From Podarcis muralis (taxonomy: Eukaryota), in contig NC_135673.1 of NCBI RefSeq assembly GCF_964188315.1, positions 2,108,001 to 2,172,000 of the forward strand: a stretch of DNA of 64,000 nucleotides. The letters are read 5' to 3'. The position numbers were made by a program, and so were the translations under genes. Below are positions 49,591-63,254 of the stretch, one piece after another; the stretch's first letter is position 1; every line of letters starts with the position of its first letter. The notes beneath the pieces were generated by a model, which did no database searches, was not told the DNA's origin, and saw only the letters and a list, made by a program, of their open reading frames with translations.

Positions 49591-50089
49591 CTAACAATGC
49601 CCCAAGTTTCCAGCCAATCTGGTTCTATTTTGAGGCAGCTTTTGCTTTTGTATGGCGCATAGCTTTGCTGTGGGGTCCTCGATGCTTTATCCAACAGGAA
49701 TCTGATGCAACGGCTGCTGTTACTGGTCAAGTTGGATGTTCTTGCAGAGGCACTGGCCTTGATCATGTCGTGTAGCACCTTGCCAATTTTGGCATTAAGT
49801 GCCATGTCCTTTCCCCCCTGTTGTTGTAAAAGTTTACCACAACCTTTGTTTCTAGTCAGCTCCATCTATCCTGACAAAATACAGTATACACACAGTTTAT
49901 ACAGTAACAGAGGCTGTGTAGACATTACCAGCTTATAACATATACAAGTTGTTCTTTTTTCTCAATTTGGGTTGAAGCTGGTTTGTGGGGAAAGGCATCA
50001 AAACACAGCACTTTGTAAGAAATAGAACGACGCACTGCTTCCCAAACCAGCAGTGGGAGCACACTGGAAATGCAAAATAAAATGTGTGT

Positions 50090-50443
50090 AAAGGTAAAGG
50101 GACCCCTGACCATTGGGTCCAGTCGTGACCGACTCTGGGGTTGCGGCGCTCATCTCGCTTTACTGGCCGAGGGAGCCGGAGTACAGCTTCTGGGTCATGT
50201 GGCCAGCAGGACTAAGCCGCTTCTGGCAAACCAGAGCAGCACACAGAAACGCCGCTTACCTTCCCGCCGGAGTGGTACCTATTGATCTACTTGCACTGCG
50301 ACGTGCTTTCGAACTGCTAGGTGGGCAGGAGCAGGGACTGAGCAATGGAGCAGGGACCAAGCACATGGGGATTCTAACAGCCAAAACTTCTGATCGGCAA
50401 GCCCTAGGCTCTGTGATTTAACCCACAGCGCCACCTGCAGCCC
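50090..50443 (-). mobile_element. Sauria SINE
   Basis: Full copy; TSD AATGTGTGT (50081-50089 / 50446-50454). Confidence 0.88.
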
Positions 50444-51757
50444 ATAATGTGTGTTCACAGCCTTAAACTGACCTAGGCTTTCTGTCTTATGTGATCTGCT
50501 GGTTTTGGCTTTTTTGTAAATTTGGATGTCAATTTTTTGGTATGCTACAAGCTCTAGCTTAACAGAAAAGTCTGTATTTGAGTGGTGTCCTACTGCCTGT
50601 TTAAAGGCTTATCTTCCTCTCTCCAGCCCATTGTAAAAGAGTTGTGTTAAGTGCTAATTTTTACAAGTTGTCACTCATTACCTGCTTTGTCTTCAGGGCA
50701 TAATTATGGGAATGGCAGCTTTGATATCCTGTTTTCTTGGCTGACTTGCCAGCTGACTTGCATTTCCAATCCCCCTCCAAATGACTTGTAGTGAAAATAA
50801 AGTTTTCCCACAGCTGAAGGACATATTTCTGATGCTCTTGAATGATCTGAAAGGGCTGCAAACCATGCTGAACTCTTTTGGAACACATAGTTTTGCACAG
50901 AGAAGAGAGGTCTTTTTGCACAAATCAAACCAGTTTCCTTAACTAGTTAGAAGTTCCTTGATGTTGCTTTTTAAAGTTGTGCCTCCTGATCTATAAGCTT
51001 CACATTTCAATGAATATTGCCATTTCAATGCACCAATTTATTAAGAAAAAAAGAGTTGGGAGTTTACAGCTGAAACCCTAAATGCACTTGCTAAGAAGCA
51101 AATCCCAGTTTGACTTACATATGAAGAATCGCCATGAGTGTTGTGTTAAAATTTTGCTTCTCATAAATGTATGAGCACCATAAATTAATTTTCAACAGCA
51201 CTTAGTGAACAGTTATGTTCCTTTTAATTATATTTTTTCTTCCTATTCACATGCTGTATCCAAATCCATTCAGGTCCCTAAGAAGACAATTAAAAAAAAC
51301 ACCATAGTACAGTTATACCTTGGGTTGAATGTGCTTCAGGTTGAGTGCTTTCGGGTTGCACTCCGCGGCAACCCGGAAGTAACGGAGCGCGTTACTCCCA
51401 GGTTTTGCCGCTCGCGCATGCGCAGACACTCAAAATGATGTCACACGCATGCGCGGAAGCGGCAAAATGCTACCCGTGCACGCACAGACGCACCATCGCA
51501 TCTTATGTTCCTTTCAGGATACGAACGGGGCTCCAGAACGGATCCTGTTCGCATCCCGAGGTACCACTGTATTTCAGATATAGGCTGGTGCCTCCAGACC
51601 ACTACAGGCTCATATAAGTTCAGCACAAACAGTTGGGCCTGGTGAGCATTTAAGGTCCCCAACCCTAATCTGCGAATTGCCATCTGATTGGATTTTATTC
51701 TGACCCTGATCTGATTTTAGGATGTATTTTAAATCGATTGTCTGTTTTTATATTAAT

Positions 51758-52170
51758 ATCATCATCATCATCATTATCAAACCTTTTATTGGCATCACAT
51801 ACAAACATCCAAAACAAATCAATACAGAATTACCACTTCCCCATTGGCACAAAACATTTGCTCAAAGGAAGGAGGCAGAGCAGTCTATCGTCACATCTCT
51901 TGGTCTCCAGGGAGATCAGATGTCTGCAGTGTATTTCGATGACAAAAAACCAAATAGAGATATTTAGCCACTAGCTCCTGATCATTCCCCAGTAATAGAA
52001 AATGTATGACCTCCGACTCTGGTTTCCATCTGGGGATACAGAGTTGATCTAGAAATTGCTGACAGAGATCAGCATATAGTTTACAATTGAGAACGATATG
52101 TGTAAGGGTTTCCACTTGGTGGTCTTCGCATGGGCAAGTTCTTTCTCCTTCCACCCTGCCTGAGAACCTC
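51758..52170 (-). mobile_element. 3' end of a non-LTR retrotransposon with a C-terminal Cys/His motif
   Basis: ORF 51891-52202 has GRF...ERTCPCEDHQVETLTHIVLNCKLY; downstream on the minus strand are AATAAA and a (TGA)n tail at 51758-51800. Confidence 0.65.
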
Positions 52171-54129
52171 CCCAAAGGAGGTTTTATTAGTTTTATCAGC
52201 ATTTTATTAGCTTTTACTAGTATTCTAGTATTTTATCACTCGGTATCTTTTTCTTAATTATTTTAATCACAAAGTTCAAGCTAAAAGTTTTAGGCAACAT
52301 CCCAGAGAAAGCCTTAATTAGCTCCAGCTCGACTCAATCTACCAACTACTTATCAGCAGGAGAGGAGATCAAACGCTGGAATCCTGGAAGGATTCCGAGT
52401 TTCCTGATTTACAGCTGAAAGTAGCAGCAGCTGCATCTCTGTGAAAATGTCTAAGAAAAAGAAGCCATTGGCTTCATCTCCACAAGTGAGCCCATAGCAG
52501 AAGTGCAAGCAGAGTTAACTGGATGATTTTGTGAGACCCCAGAATCCAGCACCTACCACATCAAGCAGAGTTCATTCCTAGATAGGTGGGGACGCTTTAA
52601 TGGGTGGAGACCACTCAGGGGAGAACGCTGAGATGAGCGCCCATGAACCACTCTATGCAGGAATACTCGCCGACCACTGTCTGCTGACTGCAAGAACAGT
52701 GGAGGAAATTAACACCAAACTAGAAAAGGTAATGTCACTCCTGGCTGAGTTGGTGCTTCTGGCGGCCAGAAATAGCTCCCTCAATACTAAAGAGACTGAC
52801 CGTAGTGTTGCACTCCCCCAAGACCACTGTGCACAGGGGTGTAACCGGTCGATCTGACAACCGAGAGACTACTAATAACAAAAGTGAAAGTAGGGACTTG
52901 ATCCTACAAAACACCCAAGTAGCTCTCGATATACAGTCATACCTCTTGTTACGTTTGCTTCATGATACGTTTTTTCAGGTTGCGTCCCGCAGCGACTCGG
53001 AAGTACCGGAAAGGGTTACTTCCGGGTTTCGCCGCTCGCGCATGCGCAGATGCGCAAAATGACGTCGCGCACATGTGCAGAAGCGGCAAATCGCAATCTG
53101 TGCGTGCGCAGACAAGGGTTGCGTTCCTTTCATGTTGCAAACCGGCCTCCGGAACGGATCCTATTCGCAACCAAAGGGACCACTGTATATCCTTTCAACA
53201 GTATGCTGTCTTACTAGAAATCAATCACTAGTGTGAAGAGAAATCTTAAGCTTTTACTAAATATCCAGTGCGACAATCTGATTGTGATATATTAATGTGT
53301 TATACATTTGATGTTAGCTGCTCTAAGCCCGGTGTTAGCCGGGGAGGGCGGGGTATAAATAAAAATTATTATTATTATTATTGTATTCCAACTTCAGGAC
53401 CTCAGGGGTTACCCTCTTTTATTTCTCCCACTCCTCCCCACCTGCTTTAAATACAGAGGCCGATCCACACCATTAAAAGCTCACAACTCCCTCCCTCCCT
53501 AAACCTGGGAACTGTAGTTTTACCCTCACAGAAGCTATGGTTTTCAGCCATCTTAACATACTACTGTCCTCAGGATTATTATATATATATATTTTGGGGG
53601 GGGGGGAGTCATGTGCTTTAAATGTATGATGTGGGTGTTCCCCAAATCTTCTCCCTCTTCATTTCTATATTGCCACTCCAGACAGAATCGAGCTACAAAT
53701 GTATGGGGAGAAACACTGAAGGATGAGCAGGAGGCGCCTGTCAATACTTTTATCTTTTAAAAACAACAGGGTGGCGAGGGAATACAGTACTATATTTTCT
53801 TCATAAAGCTTTTCCCCCCGTTTCATTTTTTAGTTTATGTAAAACGGAGAGAGCAATTATAACAGCGGATGAAAAGCAAAGCTGTATGACAGAAATGATA
53901 AATATTACTAAATTTATTCGTTTATTTCTATTCTCCGGGGAACTCAAGGTAATAATAATACATGGTTCTCCTCTTCCTCGCTTAATCCCCACAAGACTCC
54001 TACGAGGATTGTACTGTATAGCTACAAAATGAGTAGCAAAGGAAATTAAAACCAGCCACGACCGAATATTTCTGCTGCGGTGAAGTGCAGGGGTGGGCTA
54101 GATGACCCTCGGGGGTCCCTTTAACGCTC

Positions 54130-55220
54130 TATCGTTCTGTGATTGTGCGAACGTGCGCGAATTACAGGAAGCGCAGCCGCGGCGCACGTCGCCTCTTCCG
54201 CCCGCCGGCCTCACTTTTGCGCAGGGCGCACGCGCGTTGCAAAGCTGCTGGCGAGCTGGAACGAGGAGCGGCCGTCGCTGCGCTGTATCTATCGTCGCTA
54301 CCGGTCCCATCTGGGCGCTTCATCTCTGTGGTATGCCCTTCTGACGCTTCTTCCTATCCTCTCTCTCTCTCTATCCGTTCCGAGCAAGCGCGCCTCCGTC
54401 CACGTGACTTTGGGTTGGAGGTGGGCGGGGCCGCGGCTGCGAGGCGAACCCTCGCGAGAGGTGGGGCGGGCTCGATCTGGGCGGGGCTCCCGGCTGTCAC
54501 CGCGATGAGGAGGCGCCGTCGCCGCCGCCGCCGCTGGGCTGCTCCGGGGTGCGCCCCTGAGGGGGTGTGAGGAGATCCCGGGCCCTCCTGCAGGTAGGGG
54601 GCCCGGGAGGGCGGGGGCCCAGCGGCGGCTGTGAGGCGGAAGGCGGCCCCGCCCCCCTTCTGCCCTCTCACCCCGCGGGCCGAGGGGGTGAAATGGGGGG
54701 AGGGGAGGGGGCGTGGCTCGTTCCCAGCGGGGGGGGGGCGGCGAAGAAGGGCGACCCTCCACTCCCCACTCCCCTGCAGTGTTTGTTCCCGCCCCCCCCC
54801 CGGCTGCTGTGCGGGGAGGGGGCTTCCATTCAGCGTGGGTCATCACCCTTCCCCCTCCCCCCACTCAGAGCCCAATGGAAAGAAAAGGGAATGGCGATTA
54901 TTTGAGGGGGGCGCGCGGGGAGTTGTTGTCTTTGATGTCATTTCCCCCTCCCTCCCCCTTCAAAAAAGTATTGGTAGTCGGTGGGGTCGGGAGAAAGAGA
55001 GAAGCCCCCCGCTCCCAATGCACACACAGGCTGGGCCCCCCACCAGCAGTCCCTCTCGGGAACAAGGCTGCCCTACGGGTCGTGGTCGCTGGGGGCCGAT
55101 GGGTTGCTGGTGGTGAGCTGGGCGAGTGCTGCTGTGCGCCTGTGTCCTGCTCGCGGGCTGGGGAGCCCTTCTGGTTAGCTGCCGCGAGAAACAGGCAGCT
55201 GCACTAGTTGGGCCTTTGGC
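54130..55220 (+). promoter_or_regulatory. RC3H2: CpG island, promoter and probable non-coding exon 1 (about 54420-54593) of RC3H2 (roquin-2), assigned by synteny
   Basis: CpG-rich; E-box CACGTGAC 54401-54408, GC boxes from 54423 and 54464, CTCGCGAG palindrome 54451-54458 (BANP-type motif), donor CAG|GTAGGG at 54594. The name rests on the recalled vertebrate order RABGAP1/ZBTB26/ZBTB6/RC3H2; no coding exon seen. Confidence 0.55.
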
Positions 55221-57233
55221 AAGGGACCCTTTATGTTTTTCTCCCCAGTATTGATAGCTGGGCTGCACAGGGGTGGGGTGCCCTGGGTGGGTGCCTCACA
55301 CACACACACTAATTCCCCCCTCCTCTCTTGGGGCAAGAGTTTGTATGAGGAATAAGGGGAACTTTCTCCCTCAAAAGAAGAAGGGTCGTGTATGTGTACA
55401 CCGTTGAAACACATCACTTTGTTTCATCTCACCCTCCCAGGGCTAGCCTAAGTTATTCTGCTGCCCAAGGCAGATGATGTCTCTTCTCCCTAACCACACT
55501 GGATCTTGATGCATAGTACTCAGGACCAATGGAGCACTCGAGGAAGAAATCCCCAAAATTGTTTCTCCCTCTTTCTTACAGTGAAATTGCAACAAACAAA
55601 ATAATTAGCAATTTTTTGCCCTTTTCTGATACCCAGAAGCAGTTGCCTAGGTTGGCTGCCTTAGTCTGCCTAATGGTAGGACAGGCGCTATGTTCCTATC
55701 CCCTAGCCCTGTTCTGTCATCTTCTTTTTTCCCTGGTTATTGGAAAGTTTGAGAAGAACTATGTGAGCACCCCCTGCCCCCAGATGATTAAAATGTTGGG
55801 TATGAGCTTTCAGGTTGCACAAAATGTATCTGCAGGATTCTGCAGTCAGAGCTCAGATTTTTAAAAAGTGTGAGGTTGCATGCCCAGCATGTTAATATGT
55901 TCGGGTCAAGTATATGCACACAAGCAGACAGTTAAGCCAGGTTGCTAAATGCCCCAAAGGACTGCTTTAGACATGATAACTTCTGTACATGGGAAATATT
56001 TATCAAAGAAACAGTACACAACGCATACTACTGCTTCCAGGCTACATGTGTATTGTGTTTATGTCACATGTGATGATCTGTGTGTGCATTGTATGCTGTT
56101 TCACACATGGAAGTGTTTTTCATGTCGGAATTCTGGTGTGTTCAGAGCAGCCCTTTCATTCTAGGCAAAAGGCACCACCATTTGCCTCCTCATCTGATTG
56201 TCCTCATGAGAGTTTAAATCAGGGATGGAGAATCTGCAGCCCTCCTGGTGTCTTTGGGCTTGAACTTGCATTAGTCCCAGCCAATGTGAGCAGTGGTCAG
56301 GGATGATGGGAGTTATAGTGGAACAACGCCTAGGAGCCCTACACATTCCCCACCCCTGATTTCAAGCAACCTGCTCAAACTCTCAAAATTACTATTTCTA
56401 ACATTGTACTCTGTATGCAGAGGTGGTCGCTTTAAAATTAGATCCTTGCAAAACTTGTCACCCTAATGCCATTATTTTTATTATAGTTTCCTGCCACCAC
56501 ACCTTCCTCCTAGTGAGTGTAGAAATATTTTTTATAAGCCTACATGTGGTGGGGTTAGTTAGCTTGTGAGTTAAAATTTGATTGTGCTCCTGCTCAAAGA
56601 TGATAGAAGTGCTTTTCATCCTTATATCCTGTGGGAAATTTGAAGACAAAATGCTGGTGGAAATGTATTGAAGCTCAGCTACGTGGTGGTCTGAACAAAG
56701 GCCCAGTTTGTCTTTCCACTGCTTTGACTTTACAGCACAGAAAAATGCAGCATGTATGCTAGAATAGCTCAAGAGATGCCAGCTATTTAGCTCAGCTTGC
56801 TGCAGCTGCTTAGAGATGGTCTGTGCCTTGAACCATCAAGGGGGCATAGTTGATTGAAATCAAGGGTTCTGAACACAATCATTACCATTTCTAGAGAGAT
56901 AAAATAGTTATGGCAATGTTTATTATTATTATGTGACTTTGAGGGAAGCAGGCTTCTGAGCGGCACAAAATTCTTCAGCAAGCGAGAGCTTTTAATCGCT
57001 ACCTTTTGGAAGAGCTCTGCGTAATTTAGAATTCTGTTATTTGCACCAGCAGTGGGGTGCCCAATAACCTTTGACTTTCTGAGCCATATCAGTTCCATCA
57101 CAGGTGACTTTTCACAAGCTAGTGTTCAAGTAGAACGGCTGTCTTCCCATGTAGAAGGGAGCAGAGTTGGAGAAGTGAAATACTTAACTATACGTATTTA
57201 TTTAGATTTCAGCTCGAAGGAAGCAGTCCTCAA

Positions 57234-57430
57234 GGAAGTGGCCATAGCTTACTTGTAGAGGACATACCTTTGCATGCAGAAGGTCCCAGGTTCAGTCCCC
57301 AGCATATTCAGTTAAAAGGATTAGATAGCAAGTGAAGGAGAAAGATCCTTCTCTGACTGAAACCCTGGAGAGCTCCAGTCAGTCTGTCAATACTGGGTTG
57401 TGTGGACAGATAGTCTGGCAGTTCCCCATG
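57234..57430 (+). mobile_element. tRNA-derived SINE of a second family (head GCCATAGCT...TTGCATGCAGAAGGTCCCAGGTTCA); related copies at about 4995-5150 (-), 14101-14270 (-), 48974-49145 (+)
   Basis: Shared tRNA(Ala)-like head and body CTGAAACCCTGGAGAGC...CCAGTCAGT across the copies. Confidence 0.7.
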
Positions 57431-58929
57431 TTAGTTTTATTGATTCTTTTTTATTCCCCCTCCTTTTTTTTGACATGTATTTGTACGTTTCTAAAATAAA
57501 GTTGGCACCATTTTAATAAAAAAAATAAAAATCATTTAATAAGAATTTAAAAATCAAGGAGTTGAACAGAATAAATTTCAGACTAAACTACCATTAAAAA
57601 TCCCCAACTATCCTCCCCCAATTTAACCCCAACACACAAAATCTCACAGCCATACAAAAAGTGTTACTAATGTTTTTATGTTAATGCTAATGTGACTATT
57701 TTCATTTAAAATTTGTTTGGTTCAAGCAAAGTTATAAATGGAAGTAGCAGGGTGGTGCCTTGGTGTGCCTTGAGCTGCTCTTTTTGTGGAATAAATTGAA
57801 TTATCTGTTCTCAGAAGTGGCAATATTTTGGTTTCTAGGACAAAAGGTTACATCCATTCTGTGTCCTGTTCTATACCACTTGCTGGCTGCATTTGTATGT
57901 CATGATAAACAAGTCTTTCCCAGCCCTGTGCCAAGCAGATGTTTTTTATCATTTACTTACTTACTTATTTGCATTTTGATTCCTGCAAAGAAGTTCTGAA
58001 GAAACCCATAGAAAATACTGTATTTAAAAATTACACTGAAGCATTCACCCACAAAAATAAGTCAGAATACAAAACCACTCTTCCCCATTCAGCAGCAGGG
58101 TAAGCACCAGTTTCTACTAGAAAAACCCCAAAAGACCCAACACAGTATCAGTGCTTAAATACATGGGAGAATAAGAACGTCTTCCCCTAGTGCCATAAAA
58201 ATAACAGTGTTGGTGACAGGCAGATTGCAGGGTTGGGGGCCAGCTACCACTGGAAAGGCCTGTTCTCTCACTGCAAACCTCTTTTGGAGGTGGTGTGCTA
58301 AGAAGAACCTGAGATTATTGTCATGGGGTCTAGGTAGGCTCGTAGGTAGAAAGATGGTCCAGGCTCCCACTCGAATGCTTATGTGTGAGTAAGAAAATAA
58401 GCTTCATTCAAGGCTTGCAATGGTACACGTCAGGTTAAGTTAACAGAATGTATAGCTAAAGAGTTAAAGAATGACATCAGGGGTCCAAGACCAGGCGGCA
58501 GCTTTGAAGACATTACAACTGATCATGCCCCCCCCCTTTAAAGGCGAGACACAGCACACTCATAATACTCTCTAAGAGACTGGTGCACTTCAAGGAACAT
58601 GTTTCTTCCAGGGGTGTGGGTCTGCTGCCAATGGCAGAAGCAGTGCCAAGTTCTCTGTGACAGGTCAGGGGTCATCTTCTGGTTCTTCCAACCTCCTCTC
58701 TTGGCTTGTTAGCACCATTCCCCATTGGGCTAGCTGGTCGTAGTCAATAATTTTGCAGAAGCATCAGATTCTAAACTATCTTCAAAGGCCGCTCAACATA
58801 TAATGCAGTAATCTAACTAGAGGTTACTAGATCATAGACCACCAAAGCCAGACTATCCTAATCCAGATGGGGTTGCAGCTGGGCCACCAGACAGGGCAGA
58901 GAGATGGTGCTCTGCACCATGCAAGCCAC

Positions 58930-60900
58930 TTGTGTCTGCAGTGACATTGATGGATCCAATAGTACCCCCAAGCTAAGTACCTGCTCCTTCAGGAGAAGTG
59001 TGATCCCATCCTAACAGGTTACACACACACCCTGTACATACTGAGGAACTGCCCACTAACAGTGTCTCTGGCCTTAACTGGATTGGAGTACTGATGACAC
59101 ACTCCCAAACTCTGAATATCTCCATTCAGCAGCATGATGTAGAATAGCATGGGGGATAAAACTGAACATTGCAGAAACCTTGCATTGGAGATTCCATGGG
59201 ACCAAACAATACCCCCCCCCCCCGACACCACCTTCTGGAGCTAACCATACAGCTACAACTGGTACCACCACAAGGCAGCACCACCCATTTTTAACTCTAA
59301 AAGGATAGCAAGATGGATGGTATCAAAAGCCACTGGGAGGACAATCAACAGGGTGACACTCCCATCTCTCCCAGCGTAGGTCATCATATTGGCAGTTTTT
59401 CTGCCAAGAGCAGGAACAAACTCCAATAGAAATGGTCCAGAAAATCAGTCCCATCCAAGATTGTCTTTTGCTGGTTAGTGACCACACACTTGAGAACTTT
59501 GCACAATAAAGGGACAGGAGTGACTCTTCTATTTTGTCCATATCTTTCTGGTCCAGGGAATATTGACCAGGAGTGACCTTAACACCACCTATCTCAGGTT
59601 GCCTGGGACTGCTCCATATTGCAACGAGACATTAATCCCTCCCCTCCCTCCCTAACAAGCCCCGCCCCCATAGATTTTACCAGCTTTGAGGGGCAAGAGC
59701 AAGAAGTCAAGTGATCCACCAACACATTGTCCACAACCTCAAGCCATGTCAGCTAGAATTCGTCCAACAAAACTGGCCCAGACAGTACTCTGGGTACCTC
59801 TTGAGACTGACCTGCTACAGTAGTGGAGTCCAAGTCCTGGCAGATACAATTTTATCCTTAAAATGTCTTGCAAACAAGACATAGCAGGACGCTGTGGGTT
59901 CCAAAAACTCATTTAGGCCAATTTGTTAAATGCAACAGAATAGCTCCGCTGGACAGCATATAAAGGATGCAATGGAAGAAGCAAAGAAACACTCTTTCCC
60001 TCCTTCACTGCTACTAAGCAGACTCAATAATAAATGAATACTAGTTCAGTTGCATTGGTCTGGAGTTTTCCTCCACACATTCAAGCCATCTCCCAACCTG
60101 CTTGAGCACCCTCTATTCCCTGGTGTACCACAGAGCTATCTGGGCTTTATCAAGTAGGAGTGATCCTAGGTCACCTCTCCACTTCATGGGACTTAAACAG
60201 GAGCATCAGTCCTATCAGCTGGGGAGGTAGGAGCCCCAACTGTTTGGTAATCTGTTTGACTCAGCCTCTGGAAGTAGTAGTAGTAATTGTTGGCATCTTT
60301 CTGTCAGAGTGGGCCATCCTAACTGATACCCTTCCTCCACATAGAGAAAAGGACAGTGACAGCCTGAATCTCACCAGGGGGTGACTTGATCATGAAAAGA
60401 GAATGTTGATAATATCCTCCACTCTCAGATCACCCTCTTTCTGTCCTGTCCAGAGCATGTCCAGCTGTAAGCATTGGACCAATGACATGTTCGGAAGGCC
60501 CCATCTTTGTTGTGATAGGCATGAAGTACTCAGCTGCCCCAGATCCAGCATGAATATTGAAATCCCCCATGACCAACAGCTCAGTGGTTCACGGTATAGA
60601 GACTGCCTATGTCAGCTCAAGCAGGAAGACAACTGGGCATTATACCAGCAGCCTCCTAACATGTCCTCTACACATGGAACTTGAATTTGGTCATGTGGTA
60701 AGCTTAGAAAGAGAGTATCACAGGACACCCCCCCCAAGTGCTACCCTGAATACCCAGGTTGGCAAAAAATACCCAGCTGGGGAAAACCCAACTCCTTGCT
60801 GCTCATCTGCCCAGGTTTCACTTACACAAGTCAGATCAGCCTCCTCATCCACAGTCATTGTGGATGGAGGAGATTTTATTTAAAACAAACCAACAGCACC
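58930..60900 (-). mobile_element. Degenerate L2-type LINE ORF2 (APE endonuclease and RT remnants)
   Basis: Minus-strand LLVMGDFNIH (about 60550-60579), GSVTLLIVLPVAFDTIH (about 59313-59363), SVLSPMLFYIM...LGVCHQY (ORF 59019-59231); frameshifted. Confidence 0.75.
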
Positions 60901-63254
60901 TGCAGGTTCAAGGACTGGATGACAGAGCACACACTGTACCCTCAATTAGGGGAGGGTCCAGCATGCAGCACAGCCAATAACGTGCTGTGCAGTATTTGCT
61001 TCCCTCCACCCCACTATACAGTCATACCTCATGTTACGTTTGCTTCAGGTTGAGCGTTTTCAGGTTGCGTCCCACGACGACCCAGAAGTACCAGAATGGG
61101 TTACTTCTGGGTTTCGTCGCTCGTGCATGTGCAGACACGCAAAATGACGTCACACGCATGCGTGGAAGTGGTGAATTGCGACCCACGCACGTGCAGACAC
61201 TGGTTGCGTTCTGCTCATGTTGCGAACGGGCCTCCGGAATGGATTTCGTTCGCAACCAGAGGTACCACTGTACTTCCTCCAGACCTCTACTGCACCTCCC
61301 ACAGGCAGCATGGCTAGGGAGGGTGAGAGTTGCACCTTCCACATGCTTCAGGCTACTAGGCTGGGGAAGGCTACATTAAACTACTGTTTATCATTAAGAG
61401 AATAAACCTAGGCAAATCACAAGCTCACTCCTTCCCCTTTTCCTGCAGTGCTGTTATAAGGAGGTGATCCAAAGCTTTCACTTTCATTCTTTATTAACCA
61501 CAGCTTGTTATTCCATGCAAGGCTGGCAGGCTGCATTCACAGGTTGTGGTAAACCATAGTTAATGGCTTGCCGTGAAGGTGTAGATGGCTCCCACTTTGC
61601 TCCAGCCAAAGTTTGTATTCATGAACAAGCCACAATCCCTGGTTCAGATGTAGCACCAGGCCATGGATTATAGTTTGTTGCTCCCATTCATGTAGTGAGC
61701 ACAGCAGGAGTGATCTCCATGTCCACAGTAATCCATAAACTATGATATACTATGGCCTGGACCAATCTATATTTCATGTGAACTATGGTTTAAATGTCAG
61801 TCCGTGGGCATGAAGCAGGGTTGCTTAAACAAACCATAGTTAATATTAACCACAGTTTGGGCATTTGGACATAGCACCAATCTGTGATTAAGGAAGAAAA
61901 AATGGAAGCAGAAGCTTTTGATCTCCTTGACCAGCATAGCAGCACCACAGGGAAGTGGGGCACACTAGCCCCAAGGAAAACCTCGTTTGTTCCAATCACT
62001 ATAAGTCATGGTTTAGCATGACACCCGAATGCAGCCATTCACTATATGAAACTCTTCTAATAGGGAGGCCTAGTTGTGGATGGTGCTTCATTTCTAAAGA
62101 CATCTTGTGTGATCTGGAAGTTTTGTCTGCTGGCCCCAGCAATGCGGGAGTAGGCAGGGACTAATGAGACATGAAGGAATGGCATTCTGCACATGCTCAG
62201 GGTGTGTGTCTTCTTTATTTCTTCACATATTCCAGGACTGAGCCCTGGCTTGTGGCAGACATCATGCAATGTGCAGAAATAAGTGAGTCTGTTCTATCTA
62301 GAGAAGGTTTATTTAAGCTTCAAGTCATCACGTCTAAACGATGCAGGGTGCTATTATTGTGACTGCTGTTCTTCCCTGGGCTTTGACTATGACTCAGGTC
62401 TCTATCTGGCTGCTACAGAAGAAAACTGGTGTGTAAAAGACGGAAGTCCTCTCTGTAAGTAACTCCATGCGAATACCTTGTTGAGTACAAGTAGTGAACT
62501 GACTGAGGTGCTCCAGCTCAATATAATTTTTGAATCCTCCCCTTTCTATAGACTAGACAAATTCATGTTTGGTTTGGATGGAAATTAGTGACTCTCGCCT
62601 CCCTGAAGACACTGTGTAATTCTCACCAGTTGTAACTAGCCAAAGCATGGAGTTTGGTGCCACTGAAACCATGGCTTTGTTTTTAGTAACATTGTAATGC
62701 AGTTTAAACAACAATACCAACAACTATTTGAAAGTATGTCAAGTTGGTTTCAGTCAAGCTTAGTTTCAGAGAAATCTGCTTAAAATTGCACATAAACAAG
62801 CATCTCTCTAGCAATGTTCACTTAGAAGCAAGTGCCATTAATTTAAAAATAATTTATCCATAGTTAGGATTGAGCTGTGAGGCGCTTGGTCTAAGGAAGC
62901 TGTGTTATTTATTTTATTTAAAAGGCTAACCCTGCCCATCCTGAAGACCTGGGGAGATTGGGGAGGGGGTAGGGGCAATAAATAAACCAATTTTGCTTGA
63001 AGCTCATCTGAAAGATTGCAAAACCCATGCAAAACTCTTTCAACTCATGTTGCTCCCAGCATCTTCTGTTATTTTGTCCCGTACATCTAATAAACAAAGG
63101 TATACTGGCTCTGACCATGGAGGTTTTGTTTAATTTTTAATGGCTAATAGTTGCTGGTATCCTCCTTCAGGACAAATTCACAGCGGATGTGTTTAACAGT
63201 TGCTACTGAGCACAGTTACAAAGGAGAAACCTCCACTGTTCTTTGTGATGCCAG

